The notes beneath the pieces are model-generated. The model saw only the letters and a list, made by a program, of their open reading frames with translations, ran no database searches and had not been told where the DNA came from. The position numbers were made by a program, and so were the translations under genes. A stretch of DNA of 64,000 nt from Sphyrna mokarran (taxonomy: Eukaryota): assembly GCA_024679065.1 (NCBI GenBank), contig JAGIQG010000017.1:37882001-37946000 (forward strand). Reading direction: 5' to 3'. The number at the start of each line of letters is the position of its first letter. Within the stretch, counting starts at the first letter, position 1. This document shows positions 25,451-38,139 of this stretch, piece by piece.

Positions 25451-26711
25451 CAGAAAACTTTGGAACCTTCTCTTTCCAATGTTTTCCCATGGTTACATCC
25501 TTTTCCACATCAGAACGAGTTCCACAATGATGTACAGAGCCTGCTCCAGCTAGAATGCATCATCTCAGGATGCAGTCTAGCTTTAAGTAGCGGAGGCTAA
25601 CTTTAACTTGTACACTCTTGTCTTAACGTTGGGCTCCCCTGATGAGGACATGCGGCCACACTTGACACTTCGGATAACATTGACTGTATAATGCAATCAT
25701 GTTATTTCACAGGCAACGTAAGTTTGGCATGCAGCCTACACTACAAGCAACGGAGGTGGCTTTATCCCACATTGTGATTCCTGCACCAATTTAAGGGTAC
25801 TATTGAATTTAGGCTGCCTGGTCTTAATGATTTCTGGCAGATTGTATTAGCTTTGCAGCCAACTGCATCTGGGGAATGCAGTGGCTATAATGTGATGTGA
25901 AATCACCTCAGATCTTTCGCCAGCTTACAGGCATGGGTATTAACAGCACAAACGTTGAGATCCACCTCCGAGAATTTGAATCAAAGGTGAATGTTAGTGG
26001 CTGAGATAAGCTGTATTTAATCACAGGAACCAAACTATATTATTATTATCAGCAAAGCTTTAAAGGGGCACATGGATTCTTCACAATCTGCATCTTGTTC
26101 ATACAGATATTATTAGCGCTTATATTTAAAGCTGACTCAACAGAGAAGTTGAAATGTTTTCAACTGATAAACTTTTATTGTCAGATGGTTCCGTCAAACC
26201 ATTTCCAAAATGCTGGTCACATTTTCCCCTTCTTCCAAACATCATTTAATGTTTGCATCTGCAGAGCCTCTAGTGAACACTGCTGATGAGTTTGACAAAT
26301 GTAAGTAGCATCACCTCTTGATCTGACTCGCAGCAGGTTTGGGCTTTGGGTCCTGAAGAGTAATAGCTGCTGTTCCGCTGACTGTGCTTACCCAGAGTGT
26401 GGCAATGTGGAATTAGCAATTCAAAAAGACTGGGAAAGTTTGCAAAATCCTGTCTGCCAACCACAATGAACGTTTCTACACTTTGGATTAACCGTGTGAC
26501 TCTCTGTTAAACCTTGCTTCACCATTCCTCAAACTTCGAATTAAAACATTTGCCTTGCTTTTAAACCTACTCATTGGATGGATGGACACTGATGTTTAAA
26601 ATATTCCTAATGGCAAGCCTGTGATAATCTTTGCTCCATTCTCCAGAGTCGACCTGATTTTAGTGCCTCGCCTATAGTTCTTTATAAATAAAAAGTTTGA
26701 TAAATGAGGGG

Positions 26712-26895
26712 CCATAAGACATTGGACCAGAATTAGGCCCACTTGGCCCATTGAGTCTGCTCTGTCATTCAATCATGGCTGATATTTTTCTCATCCCCAT
26801 TCTCCTGCCTTTTCCCCATAACCCCTGATTGTCCTTATTAACCAAGAACCTATCTTTCTCTATCTTAAAGACACTCAAAGCCCTGGCTTCCACAG
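26712..26895 (-). mobile_element. CR1-like LINE 3' end
   Basis: cataagacattggaccagaattaggcc...caatcatggctgat...aagaacctatct is the reverse of the tail at 14480-14990. Confidence 0.8.
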
Positions 26896-27374
26896 TCTTG
26901 GCTGTGGCTAGATCTGAAAGGTACTCTCATGTTGCCTTCAGTAAACACAATGGCAAAAGTACTTTTGGGCTTATGTATGTAAAATGAATAAGTCATTATC
27001 ATCATCTACTTTGGTTGCTATCATAGATTAAATGCATTTAAGATTAGTCACTGATGATTCAATAAAACAGCAACAATTTGCATTGTTGCAACCCTTTAAT
27101 ATCATAAAGTATCCTAAGCTGCTTCAAGGGTGTTACCAACCAAATTTTGGTACTGGGTCATGCAAGGTATTAAAATAGATGACACAAACTGGGTTAGGTG
27201 TAATGAGGGGAAAGGGACAGCAAGGCTAAGGGAACAAATTCCAGTACTTGGAGCCTAGACAGCAGAAGCGATTGTTGTAGGATGGGATTTGAGGATGTGG
27301 TAGAGGTTATGAAAAAGGAACCTGGAGATCTCAAAGGATTGTAGGGCTTGGCTAACTTGTTGAGGTAGGAATGT

Positions 27375-28370
27375 GGACAGCACAGTGCCATAGTAGTTAA
27401 CACTGCTACCTCACAGCTCCAGGGACTTGGATTTGATTCCTGGCTTAGGTCACTGTCTGTGTGGGGTTTGCATGTCACCCTGTGTTTGCATGGGTTTCCT
27501 CCAGGTACTTTGGTTTCTTCCCATGGTGCAAAGATATGCAGATTAGGTGATTTGGCCATGCTAAATTTTCCCTTGCTGTCCTGGGATGCATAGGTTCAAG
27601 GGATTAGTGGGGTGAATATGAGAGCTTGCAGGGATGGGGACTGGGTGGGATTGTTGTCGGTGCAGACTTGATGGGCCAAATGCTGTGACAGATTAACCAT
27701 TAGGCTGAGCAGGCTTAAGCCTAGAGGCCCGGAAGGGAGGGGGCCGAGAGCTGGGGTCACTGTCTGTCACAGACAGAAGTATATTCAAGGACAGTCCAAT
27801 GATGATATCACTGTCGCTGGGATGTATCAAGCTTTGGCAAGAGATCAACTGCACAAGGTGTATCCAAATACATACATTTGCTTTAGAATTTATCTGTCCT
27901 TAATGATCACTAACTGTTCAGGTGAGCGTTCATTTTTGGCACTGAAGAGGATCAAAATCTATTTGCGCTCAACAATGAATGATGAAAAACTTAGTCATCT
28001 AGTACTCGTGCACATTGAATCAGACATGCTTCGATCTGTTGATTTACATGCTGTTATCGACACTTTTGTAAACCAAAAACCGCAGAAGCTTTTTAAAGTA
28101 CAAATGTAAAGAAAATGAAAAATAAATTAACAAAAGGGCTGTAATTGACTCCTATAAGTTCATGATATTATACATATAGTACATTATACATAGTACAACG
28201 ATATAAGCTAACATCACTTAATGTCATTTTATTCTATTCAACGAAGGGTGGGGCAGGGGGCAAGGTCAGGGGTACCTTACTAAAGCTCAGCCTAAGGGTA
28301 TGGGTGGTAGTTAATCCACTACTGGCCAAATGTCTCTACTTCTGTCCTATAGGGTTCTATGATTCTATGA
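27375..28370 (+). mobile_element. HE1-type SINE split by a hAT insertion (27375-27682 and 28325-28370)
   Basis: Head and core intact; tail gcagacttgatgggccaaatg resumes after the insert as gccaaatgtctctacttctg...ttctatgattctatg. Confidence 0.9.
27683..28324 (+). mobile_element. Non-autonomous hAT DNA transposon (642 bp) retaining the transposase C-terminal dimerization domain
   Basis: 8-bp TSD gccaaatg (27675-27682, 28325-28332); imperfect 15-bp TIRs ctgtgacagattaac / gttaatccactactg; ORF 27822-28109 has the hATC-type YPN..IYLSL.ITNCSGERSFLALKRIK..LRSTM motif. Confidence 0.92.
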
Positions 28371-28889
28371 ATGGACGAGGCCATGGAGAGATTTGAACAC
28401 GAGGGTGAGAATTGTAAATTTAATGCTAAACAATGTAGGAGACATTGGAAGAATGAGTCTGGATACATGTTGGGATATGGCAGAATTTTGAATTGAGCTG
28501 AAGTTTAAGGAGGGTGGAAAATAGGCAGGCCAGGGATTAATTGAATCCAGAAGCAAGAAAGATACAAGGATTTCAGGATTAGGCTGGCAAATGAATGAGG
28601 ATGATCATTATTACAGTACATAAACAGCTAGTCTTGTTGGGGAAGAGAATATGGGGTCGAAAACACATACCAAGGTAAGGTAGGATGCCTTGTTTACAAA
28701 GAGTCTAGTTTGGGCTCAGAGAGTGGAAGGGAATGGAATAGGAGCGAAGAATTGTGAGCACTGAAGAAAATGGCTTTGATCTTATTAATACTTAGAGAAA
28801 GTTTCTGCTCATCCCGTATTGAAGAGCAGACACAATTCCAACCTGATCACACACCACTTTTCTGATGGGGGGGGCCACAAGGATATCAT

Positions 28890-28960
28890 GCGGCACAGTG
28901 GTTAGCACTGCTGCGTCACAGGCCGAATAGCCTCCTCCTTCTCTGTAGAGACTCTAGGAT
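28890..28960 (+). mobile_element. Internally deleted HE1 SINE (head joined directly to tail)
   Basis: gcggcacagtggttagcactgctgcgtcaca directly followed by ggccgaatagcctcctccttctctgtagagactcta. Confidence 0.7.
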
Positions 28961-29264
28961 CAGTGTAATCTGATTTTTTTTTGGTAATGACATATATAGC
29001 CTTTGATTTAAACTGTTGTTGCCTTCAGTACAGGCAAAGTGTGGGCAGGACAGAAACTACCATAGAAATCTCAATTTGAGAATGGAACGAGTTAAGTCCT
29101 AAGCTTCCTTGAAATAGTGTCACATTATCTACCTCCTAAAACCGACAGGGTCAGTGGGTGAGAGTGGACAATTGGGTCAGAGCTGCAAAGTACAAAATAG
29201 TGCCCGAGGTACATTTGAATATAGTTGGCACTGGGTAAGGGACTTGGCAGCCAAGGTCAGTGTC

Positions 29265-29500
29265 ACTAATCCCCCTAACCTACACGTCCTGGGACACTAA
29301 GGAAGAATTTAGCATGGCCAATCCACCTAACGTACACATCTTAGGATCATGGGTGGAAACTGGTGCACCTGGAGGAAATCCATGCAGACATGGGGAGAAC
29401 ATGCAAATTCTACACAGACAATAGTCACCCAAGGTTGGAATTGAACCTGAGTCCCTGGTGTTGTGAGGCAGCAGCGCTATCCAGTCTGTCACCGTGCTAT
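29265..29500 (-). mobile_element. HE1-type SINE (tail missing)
   Basis: Head and core on the minus strand. Confidence 0.85.
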
Positions 29501-30804
29501 CCTGGTATGATGTTGCCTCGTGCAGGGCATGGCTTCAGGTTAGTAAACGTACCCGAGCTGAGGTTAACTCTTTCCAAGATCAGTCTCACTGGGGTTAAAA
29601 TTGAGGCCGTAGATCATCTGAATTTAAATATGTCCGTGAGGAGACAATGCACTTGGCCCATATTTACATCCAGAGACACAAATTTGAAAAAAAAGCTGAT
29701 CAGTGAAGTGCATGAGTCCACATTTGATAAAGCAGTGGAAATGTTTGAACAATATGGTCATGTTACAAAATAGAGAGACCTTTGGTTTCTGCCTCAGAGT
29801 GAGAAGGTTGGAGAACTGGTCATCCTTGCAGGTGCTTCAAGTGACTGCGTTCGTACAGATAATTAATGTGTACAAGTAGCTGCTAATTTTGCATTTCAGG
29901 AATGATTTATGAGGTGGCATGGGATAGAGGGACATAATCTAATTTAGATCAGAACCTCTGCCACCCATACAATGGTATCAGCACAGCTGTGAGATGAGAG
30001 ATGATTAATGGGCAGTAGCGTAAACACACTGTAGTCATAAAAGGTGTTATTTTGATGACATACTTGTCAGAATAGGAAATGGCACTTACAAAGAATGATG
30101 GTCAGTAGCATAACAGATTATTATGAGCATTCAGTCACTTACTCACTTACAATCCAGGTTAAGAACAAATATTGATGGAAAGATAATGCTGTTTGTAACA
30201 ATTTGAATGGCTGTTTGTTTAAAACCAGCTAATAGCTCTGTGATCTAACCTTGGGTTTCAGTAAAAGTTAAGGAGATACATTTCTCCCTCTTTAAATGGG
30301 AGAATGATGCACAAGAGCCCTATTATGTACATAAAATGAATGTCATTACCCCTATTTATAGTTTCAGACATGAGATTATATTCAGTTCAGGTCATCACAA
30401 ACCAAACCAAATGTTTTCCTGCAACTCCCCCAAGGTTTATAATGAGAAGCACCCCTCCCCCAGACACTTTGTGCTCTACGAGGTCTTAAATTGAATTAAA
30501 GCCTGATGCAAGTGCGGATTAATTTACAACTTAAAGCTGCAGGAGATTTTGCCCATCCCTGGACACTGACTGTCAGTAAGAACTGTTTGTACTTTGGGAA
30601 GTTCAGGGATAATATTGTTCAGTGACCTGATTTAATTTTTGTTGTATCCATTTTGAATCAGTTGCTTATGATGGCTTTAGTACTGATGAAGAACTGACAA
30701 GTGGGAAAAGGGTCGACCTCAATGAGTGTGCAACTTCCAAGGCAAGATCACAAAAGAAAGTGAGAAAATAGTCCCCTAAGCTCAGAATATTATAGCCACA
30801 AGGG

Positions 30805-31272
30805 AAGTGCAACAAAGGTCCACTAGACTTGTACTAGGGATGGTAGGACTATCTTATGAAGAGAGATTGGGCAGACTGGGCCTGTATTCTCTAAAGTTGC
30901 GAAGAATGAGAGGTGATCAGATTGAAATCTTCAAAATATTTGAAGGAATAGACAGGGTAGACACTGTTAAGGTGTCTCCTTTGGTTGGGGAGTCTAGAAC
31001 CATGGGGCATATTTTCAAAATAAGGGGGATGCCATGAGATGAGAAATTTCTTTACACAAAAAGCTGTGAATCTTTAGAATTCTTTGCTCCAGAGAGCTAT
31101 GAAAGCTCAGTCGTTGTGTTTGTTTGTGATAGAGATTGATAGATTTCTGATTAACAATCATGCAAAATTTAGAGGGATCGTGGGTAAAAGAGATTTAAGA
31201 ATCCAATCAGCCATGACTGTTGAATGGCAGGGCAGGCTCGATGTGCTGAATGGCTATTCTTGTTCCTATGTA
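30805..31272 (+). mobile_element. CR1-like LINE 3' fragment
   Basis: LSYEERLGRLGLYSLKLRRMRGDQIEIFKI..SRTMGHIFKIRG, then a 3' UTR with cagccatgactgttgaatggc. Confidence 0.92.
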
Positions 31273-31474
31273 AATAAAAATTTGGAAAGAAATGGTAATT
31301 TTTCTTTTCAATTATGATGAGATGAAGTGTGTTAAATTACCAGTAAAATATTGGCTAATAAGTTCCTCTACTGTCTCAGCAATTTGCTCGGTGAATTGAA
31401 AAATTTGAGACATCAGGAGGTCTCAGCTTTGATCCTTGTCTGAACTATTAGCTGGTTTCAGCCAACTATATCAT

Positions 31475-31820
31475 GGGATCACTACAACACAGAATGAGAC
31501 TATTCAGCCCATTGTGTCTGCACTGACCTTGCAACACAGTATCTTACCCCCAGATCCTTTCTCCATAACCCCACACATTTATCCCACTAATCTCTCTAAT
31601 TTATATATCCTGGGACGCATGGGAGAATTTGGCATGGCCAATCCACCTGACCTGCACTTCTTTGGACTGTGGGAGGAAACCAGAGCAGCAGGAGGAAACC
31701 CACACAGACATGGGGAGAATGTGTAAACGCTGCAGAGACTGTCAGCCAAGACTGGAATCGAATTGAGGATCCTGGCACTGTGAGATGGCAGTGCTCACCA
31801 CTGTGTTATTGTGCCACCTT
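31475..31820 (-). mobile_element. HE1-type SINE
   Basis: Tail, core (ggaggaaacccacacagacatggggagaatgtg on +) and head. Confidence 0.85.
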
Positions 31821-32144
31821 ATGTAGCAGATACATTACAGCTCTCTTGATTTGTCGGTTGCCAAAGAGAAATTAAACAGAGTCCTTCCCGATTGCTCTCC
31901 CCTTTACAAAGATATTAGATGGAGACAGGATTGGACTTTGCTGTGATGTCCTTAATGTTCCAAAAGGCTGGTGACACTTACCAGGTAACCCAGGTTGCCG
32001 GAACCTATTAGAAGCCAAGGTAACATGGCATGGGAGATACCCAGTCAGAACAGAAAGTGCTTAAACAAGGCTGGTCAGTAGACCAGTGAAATACTATAAT
32101 TTATAATGTTAAAATAACGTTTTTGTTAATCAATTTCTTTACAG

Positions 32145-32218
32145 CTTTTAGAATTTGACAGGGAGCTGTCCGGATTTAAAGACAAGTTGAGTGAACAAGA
32201 AATATCTTTTCCACCAAG
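32145..32218 (+). CDS. INPP5A: INPP5A internal coding exon (74 nt, phase 0-2; approx. human exon 12)
   Basis: Acceptor ttctttacag, donor AG|gtacaa. Translates LLEFDRELSGFKDKLSEQEISFPP plus AG (human LLEFDKELSVFKDRLYELDISFPP). The split AG+T Ser codon joins the next exon in frame. Confidence 0.95.
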
Positions 32219-35199
32219 GTACAAAATTTATATTTCACTGTTTTACTACAAACATTTCACTGAAAGCAAAGCCAAATATTGTATCTGGGAACTAATTGGG
32301 GGAAAAATACTCTTCAACATTTTCAAGTGTTTAGTTTTCTTTTCACATTTTCCAATGTGGTGATGTGAAAGGTGATTCTGTGCTTATCAGCATCCTTTGC
32401 AAATGATTTGTTGGATCAGGGATGATTAAGAGAGCCACTGCCCCTTTTAGAAAATGGGGGAAAAAAAGAGCTTTAGTTTACATTCAGGTTATGACTTGAC
32501 CTTTGACTGTGCATGCCATTTAAAGCCCTGTGCATTATTGAAGCTTGGCGTTTACCTTCTCCTCATGTCGTGGGATCTCGCACATATTTCCTTAAATGTA
32601 TTTCAGTAGCTATTACTTTTAGGATTAGCGCTACATTGGGATATGTTTTAGTAAATGATGTTTTCCTCCCATCCCAAGTTGCAAATATCCCAATGATGAT
32701 TCAGATTCTGCCTTGTGATCCAATATTTTCAAGTTCAATTGTATATTGTCCATAAAATAATTGATTTTCTTTGTCCATCTATTATCTTGACATACCTCTG
32801 AAGAACTTGCACATCAGGCAATCAGATCATTGAACTTAACCAATAAAACAAATTCGAAATGCAAAGCCACCTTTAAAATACAAAATCACTATTTTGAATA
32901 TGTTAGGAATTCCCATGAGTCTAAATTGTTAATCCAACTCGTGTAGAATTTTATAAACCAGTTAGATTTTGCTCTCACACTTTGCTATTATTCCAAACTA
33001 ATAGTTTCATTTGTAAGACCGTTTCTTAGGCAAGCAATGGGATTGTTGGCATGATTCTTTGATTGCCTCACTAAGTGACGTTGTCACCAATTTTTTAAGG
33101 ATACAGCAATAAAACTAAATTAAAATTTGAAAACTGCATTAAAAAGAAGAGAATATAAGAATGGCCATTCAGCCCATCAAGCCCAATCTCTTGTGTCCAT
33201 GTTTGATTTTGTGCAATGGTCAAACACCAGCTCTTGATTCACTATATCAAGAGAACTGATTTCTTTCCTGGGCTTCCTCTGAAAACGTATCAGTAGGTAT
33301 TGGATATCTGTACAACCCCCAATTATCCTTCTGAATAGACAGTTATTCCAAATTTTTTAACAGTGCAATTGACCCCAAGTCAATGGCCTTCAGCTCATTT
33401 CACATTAGTGGGGAAAAAGTTTCTCTAAACACTAACCTTCTGAATTTTGCATATATTTTCTGTAATTCGATACTGCTGTCTGGGCTTGGATAGCTTACTT
33501 ACTTTTGCCTCAGGTATGTGAGCCTTCCTCACAAGTCTGGCTTGCAAGAATACGAGAGACACTCAGTATTTTCTTTTAAAATTTGCTCTCTTGTTTTATG
33601 CTCAGGAAGGCCAAAGATTGGGATCTAAAATGGCTGATTTTTTGGGGCATAGTTGTAAAGGGTTATTTTGCTCACATCTTAATTACTGTCAGCAACATGC
33701 AGAACAGATAAATCATGGCTTCAATTAGTGTGACAGAGTTTATACTCTCTCATAATCTCTCACATCATCAAATGTCTTGATTGACCCTTCACTAATATTA
33801 TTTAAATAATTCATGAAGTATTTACAGGTTATTTATAAGATTACTACTTTGGGTTATTTCTGTAATTGCACATACCTTGGTTGCTGAAGTGTTTTTTTGC
33901 TGACTTAATTGCTGGTGCACGAACCAGTTGCTTCCAAATTTGGATGGCTAAGGCTTCCTCTTGACATTAAGTATGACTAGGAGAATGAGTAGAAAAGGGC
34001 AAGAAGTAATCTCAGCAGAAGACCATATACATACAGGACCTTTAGAGAGCTATTCTTATACTTCTTCTTGTACAGTGATGACCAATGCTTTAGATAACAG
34101 TGCTTTGCTGAAAAATCCTTCAATTGATGTAGCCACAACTCCAATTTCAGAGCAGGGTGAAGACAGTATTGTCAATCATTGGCTGCCAAAGTGACTTTGG
34201 ACAGGATTTTTTGGTCTTGCTTGCAATGAGTGGAGATTTGGCTGAGCACCAAATTCTCTGTCTTTTCTGGCAGCGGCAATGGGGCATGAAAGGTCAGAGA
34301 ATTCTGACCAAATTGACTCTGAACTTTTATGCATTTGGTTGCTTGCAGGCTCCCACTGGAGATGTAAGCCACACTTTTGTGGTTTCTAGTGCACCAAGCT
34401 CACCAACCTTCTTCTGTCACCTAGCCCATCAAGTCCTCAACAGAGGAATGAGTGTGCCACCTCATCCTCAGATAAGCTGGCACATGTGGTAATCCTTTCC
34501 TCCAGCACTGCCCCCAGCATACTTAAACCTAGTGTTTCAACAAATGCAGATCCCATGCCTATCCTCTCCTCCAAGTTACAGTGTGTCAGTACCTGAGCTC
34601 GTGAAATGGGGGTAATAGTGGCCCTTCATTTTATGTTCTTTTCCTCTTCCTCCACTGCACAGACAAATTCTAGTTCTTGATTTAGTCTGAAATGAAAAAA
34701 AGATTTTAATGCTTACAGTATTGACAGTTTGATGTCAGAAGAGATTGAGAGACGAAGGGGAGGTATAAGGGTGAATGGAAAGATTTAGTAAAGGGGGATA
34801 GTTCTAAGACTGCTGCATTAGAGTAAAGAGCACATGCTAGTCAAATGTTCCATCTCAAGGAACCAAGATCAGTAGAATTCAGCGGTAAAGTTGTTCATTT
34901 GTTAGAAGAACAGACAGTCTCTAGAAGATGATAACCAAGTTTTTGGGTGAAATATTTATTAATACAAGATTGCAATTAAACAATGTTTTGTGTACTTGCT
35001 AACTGTATAAGCAATCTGTATCTGTGATTTGGTGAATCTGTATTAGAATGCTGTTCCTGTGAGAGCTGTTTTAGAGATGACAGCTGTATTAGAGGAGAGT
35101 GGTTCTTCAGAGATTTCCCTCCATGCTTGTATCACAAATAAACTATTGTAACCAGTGCTTGAGTCTCCTGTGATTAGTTGGAAGAAATCTACCACAATA

Positions 35200-36150
35200 G
35201 GAAGTGAGAAGGTGGATTAAGGATGAAAATCTGCTCAACTTCTGTTATTTGAACCCTATTGATGACCCTGGCTTCAGCAATAATGGACAAACATGGGAAT
35301 CTCACCTATTCCCATTAAATTCCCACTATCCCTGGTCATGCACCACCTTTTCGAGTATCACTGAGTGTCATGCATTCTATTTGAGTGATGAAATTGTCCA
35401 GGCTTGGGAGAGGATTAACACAGATACAAACTTTGAGAAGAGTGATGAGGCTTGCCACAATGCTAAATATGATGAAGTGAATCATATGAATGCTCAGTAT
35501 CAATTCTGATTGAGAGATTGTGGTAGGTGATTGGTTAGGTGCAATGAATTGAGCAGTGGTTAAGACTCACAGTGCAGTTCATAGAATACAGCAATCACTG
35601 ACCTTGACAACTTGTGTGAGATGATCAAACTTCTTCCTGCACTAAATCCAGTTCCCAGGGGCTAAGCTCCTTGCATTAGTCTCTTCTACTATCATTATCA
35701 CTTCTTTGTGAGCATGAATCTGGAGGATCACTGCTCCTTCCTAAAAGTGCAAGTGCTTTCCACTTTTCTCACCAATATCTGCAATGCAGCATCTGAAAGC
35801 ATCGGTGTTGGCACTCATGCATGGTCAGTCACTCTTGCCTCTTCCACAATACAATATTCAAAGTGACCAGAGCATCAGCAGCAATCAGGAACCCTCTCCT
35901 TAAAAAGATGCATACTAGCTTTTAAATGTTACTAAGCACCAGTGACATTTTGTCTCCTACTGACATACGCAGCTCATGAAATCCATGGGAAGAGCTGGCT
36001 GCACACAAAATTCATGGTGATGTGCATATGAACTTGAGACTCTGTCCGCACTACAATCAAGGGTACAGGTTAATTGTGCTTTGCAGACATTGCATCCTTG
36101 GACCTCCTGAGCATTTTTGTTGGGGTTTAAACAAAACTTCATTTGCATGG
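35200..36150 (-). mobile_element. Degenerate PIF/Harbinger-type element (Myb/SANT remnant at about 35590-35830)
   Basis: Minus strand tgcaggaagaagtttgatcatctcacacaagttgtcaag = CRKKFDHLTQVVK, preceded by an (F)SDAAL-like segment. Confidence 0.5.
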
Positions 36151-36499
36151 CTGGTATTCAGTAACTTCTATCTGACCTGATTACATATATTTAACTAACT
36201 AGTTGTGTTTCAGGAAGCATGACATGCTCGTATGCTGTTTCCTATTAAGTTTATTTGTTGGTAAACAGCATGTGACCATGTTGTTTACTGTGCTTATGAA
36301 ATGTGTAAGATGAAAAAGTCATTTTGTTACATTGCCATCAATTTATTTTTTAATTATTGTGAGGATGTAAAAAAAATCTTTATTCCTAACAAATTTGGTT
36401 GTCCTATTTCTGCATAGGAAGTGGAGGACTCCATTTTTATACAGTCCCTTTCACATCGATAGGGCATCATAGACTGCTCTTTAATAATGAGTTACTTTT

Positions 36500-36740
36500 A
36501 ATATTGTCACTGTGTAAGCAAATGCAGGAACCAGGGTAAGGACAGCAATGAGACAAATGGCATTAAATTTACATTTAGTGGTATTGACTGAGGCACAGAA
36601 GTTAGAACTCCACTGCACCTCTTCAAATAATGCTGTAGACTTTATGTTAACCTGAAAGAGCAGATTGGACCACAGCTTAACATCTCATCAGGAGGTAGGA
36701 GCTATTCAGTTCTATCTTTATGCTGAACTAAATCGTCTGG
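36500..36740 (-). mobile_element. Old Deu-domain SINE remnant
   Basis: cctcttcaaataatgc...acctgaaagagcaga...ttaacatctcatc resembles 46520-46700 and 63130-63232. Confidence 0.5.
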
Positions 36741-37019
36741 CCGAATTCAAATCCTTGGGGTGGAAATTCGAACACAGTGGCCAAAAAATGGGCCAATGAT
36801 GTATCTTCTTAAGGCACATATTGTGTGCAATATGGTAGACACTCTGTGTACACATTGCATGCTGAGTGTACCCTGCCCAACAAAGGTGGAAAAATAGGTT
36901 GAGAAGTACATAATAGGTTGAGAAGCTGGGAGATGCACTTCAGCTCATCCTGGTTCCACTGAAATGCCAGAAACTATTGCCAATTCCTTCTGGATTACGT
37001 CCTATCCTTCCTGACTGTT

Positions 37020-37206
37020 CCAACCTCCCTCTCCACCTAGATTAATACCCCCAGCTTTACAAGTGCCCTCTTCCCTCCTTTCCCTCACTCTGCCTTCCAA
37101 TTGTCCCCTCCCACCAGTCCACCCTCTCCCCTGGCCCAGTTCCCTATCAAGCATGTCACATTTTCTCCCCCCCCCCCCCCCCCGCCCCCGCCTCCCCCAA
37201 ACCCCA
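37020..37206. repeat. C-rich low-complexity tract with poly-C
   Basis: Long C run at about 37167-37198. Confidence 0.85.
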
Positions 37207-37757
37207 GTAGTTTACTGCCAATGATACAAAGATTTAAACATCCAATGCTGAATTGTCATCAGCTACCTGATGATCCTCATTTAAATGAGATCCAAGGTTC
37301 ATTACCAGGTTTACCTCAGGCCCACACGCTGCAGTCCACTGCTGTGAGGCAGCAGTGCTAACTACTGTACCATCAGGCCGCCCTGGTTGAGGCAGCACTG
37401 TGTAAGCCTAGTGTCGTTCTAAATAGGGATGAGAAACAAATCTAATGTACTTGAAGAACTGCAGTATTTGAATGGTTAAGGATATGTTTACCAGGGTTTA
37501 AGATTGCTGTTAAACAAAATACAAAATATTGACTGTCATGTGATATGTAGCTTCAAATTAATTCGTATATATTAATAAATTAGCCAATTGAATTATAAGT
37601 ATAAAAGATGAACCAATGTATTCATTATATTTTCATGACCATTTTACACAACAGGCCCAGAATTTGATTTCAGTATCTGCCCTAGGTTTATGTGTGCTGC
37701 TAGCAGGAAGATACACTGCTGCACTCTGTTCTGTTGTATTCTGGAATACAACACTAA

Positions 37758-38060
37758 GGCACAGTGCTTAGCATTGCTGTCTCACAGTGCCAGGGACTCG
37801 AGTTTGATTCCAGCCTTGGGTAATTGTCTGTGTGGAGTTTGCACATTCTCCCCATGTCTGTGTGGCTATCCTCTGGGTACTCCAGTTTCCTCCCACAATC
37901 CAATAATGTGCACTTCAGGTGGATTGGCCTTGCTAGTTGTGTGAGGTTACAGGTATAGGGCAGGTGAGAAAGCCTGGGCAAAATGTTCCAGCAGAGAATC
38001 AGTGCAGACTCAATGGGCTGAGTGGCCTCCATCTGCACTGTAAGGTTTCTATGAATTCTA
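37758..38060 (+). mobile_element. HE1-type SINE
   Basis: Head, core and tail gcagactcaatgggctgagtggcctcc...ttctatg. Confidence 0.88.
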
Positions 38061-38139
38061 TCTACGTACAGATACACATTGCAGAACTTTCTTTGCAACA
38101 TTAACTAAATTTGAAAGCTATTGAACAGCTAATTATACT

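Larger units (their letters stand above)
27060..28830 (-). mobile_element. L2-like LINE fragment hosting a nested HE1 SINE and hAT element
   Basis: 27060-27372 and 28370-28830 are colinear with the L2-like copy at 50730-51360 (ggccatggagagatttgaa); minus-strand IKFTILTLVFKSLHGL is typical of an L2 ORF2 C-terminus. Confidence 0.7.

Noticed and set aside
34690-35200. Possible solo LTR
   Set aside because: LTR-like composition and an AATAAA, but no defensible TG...CA ends with a TSD.
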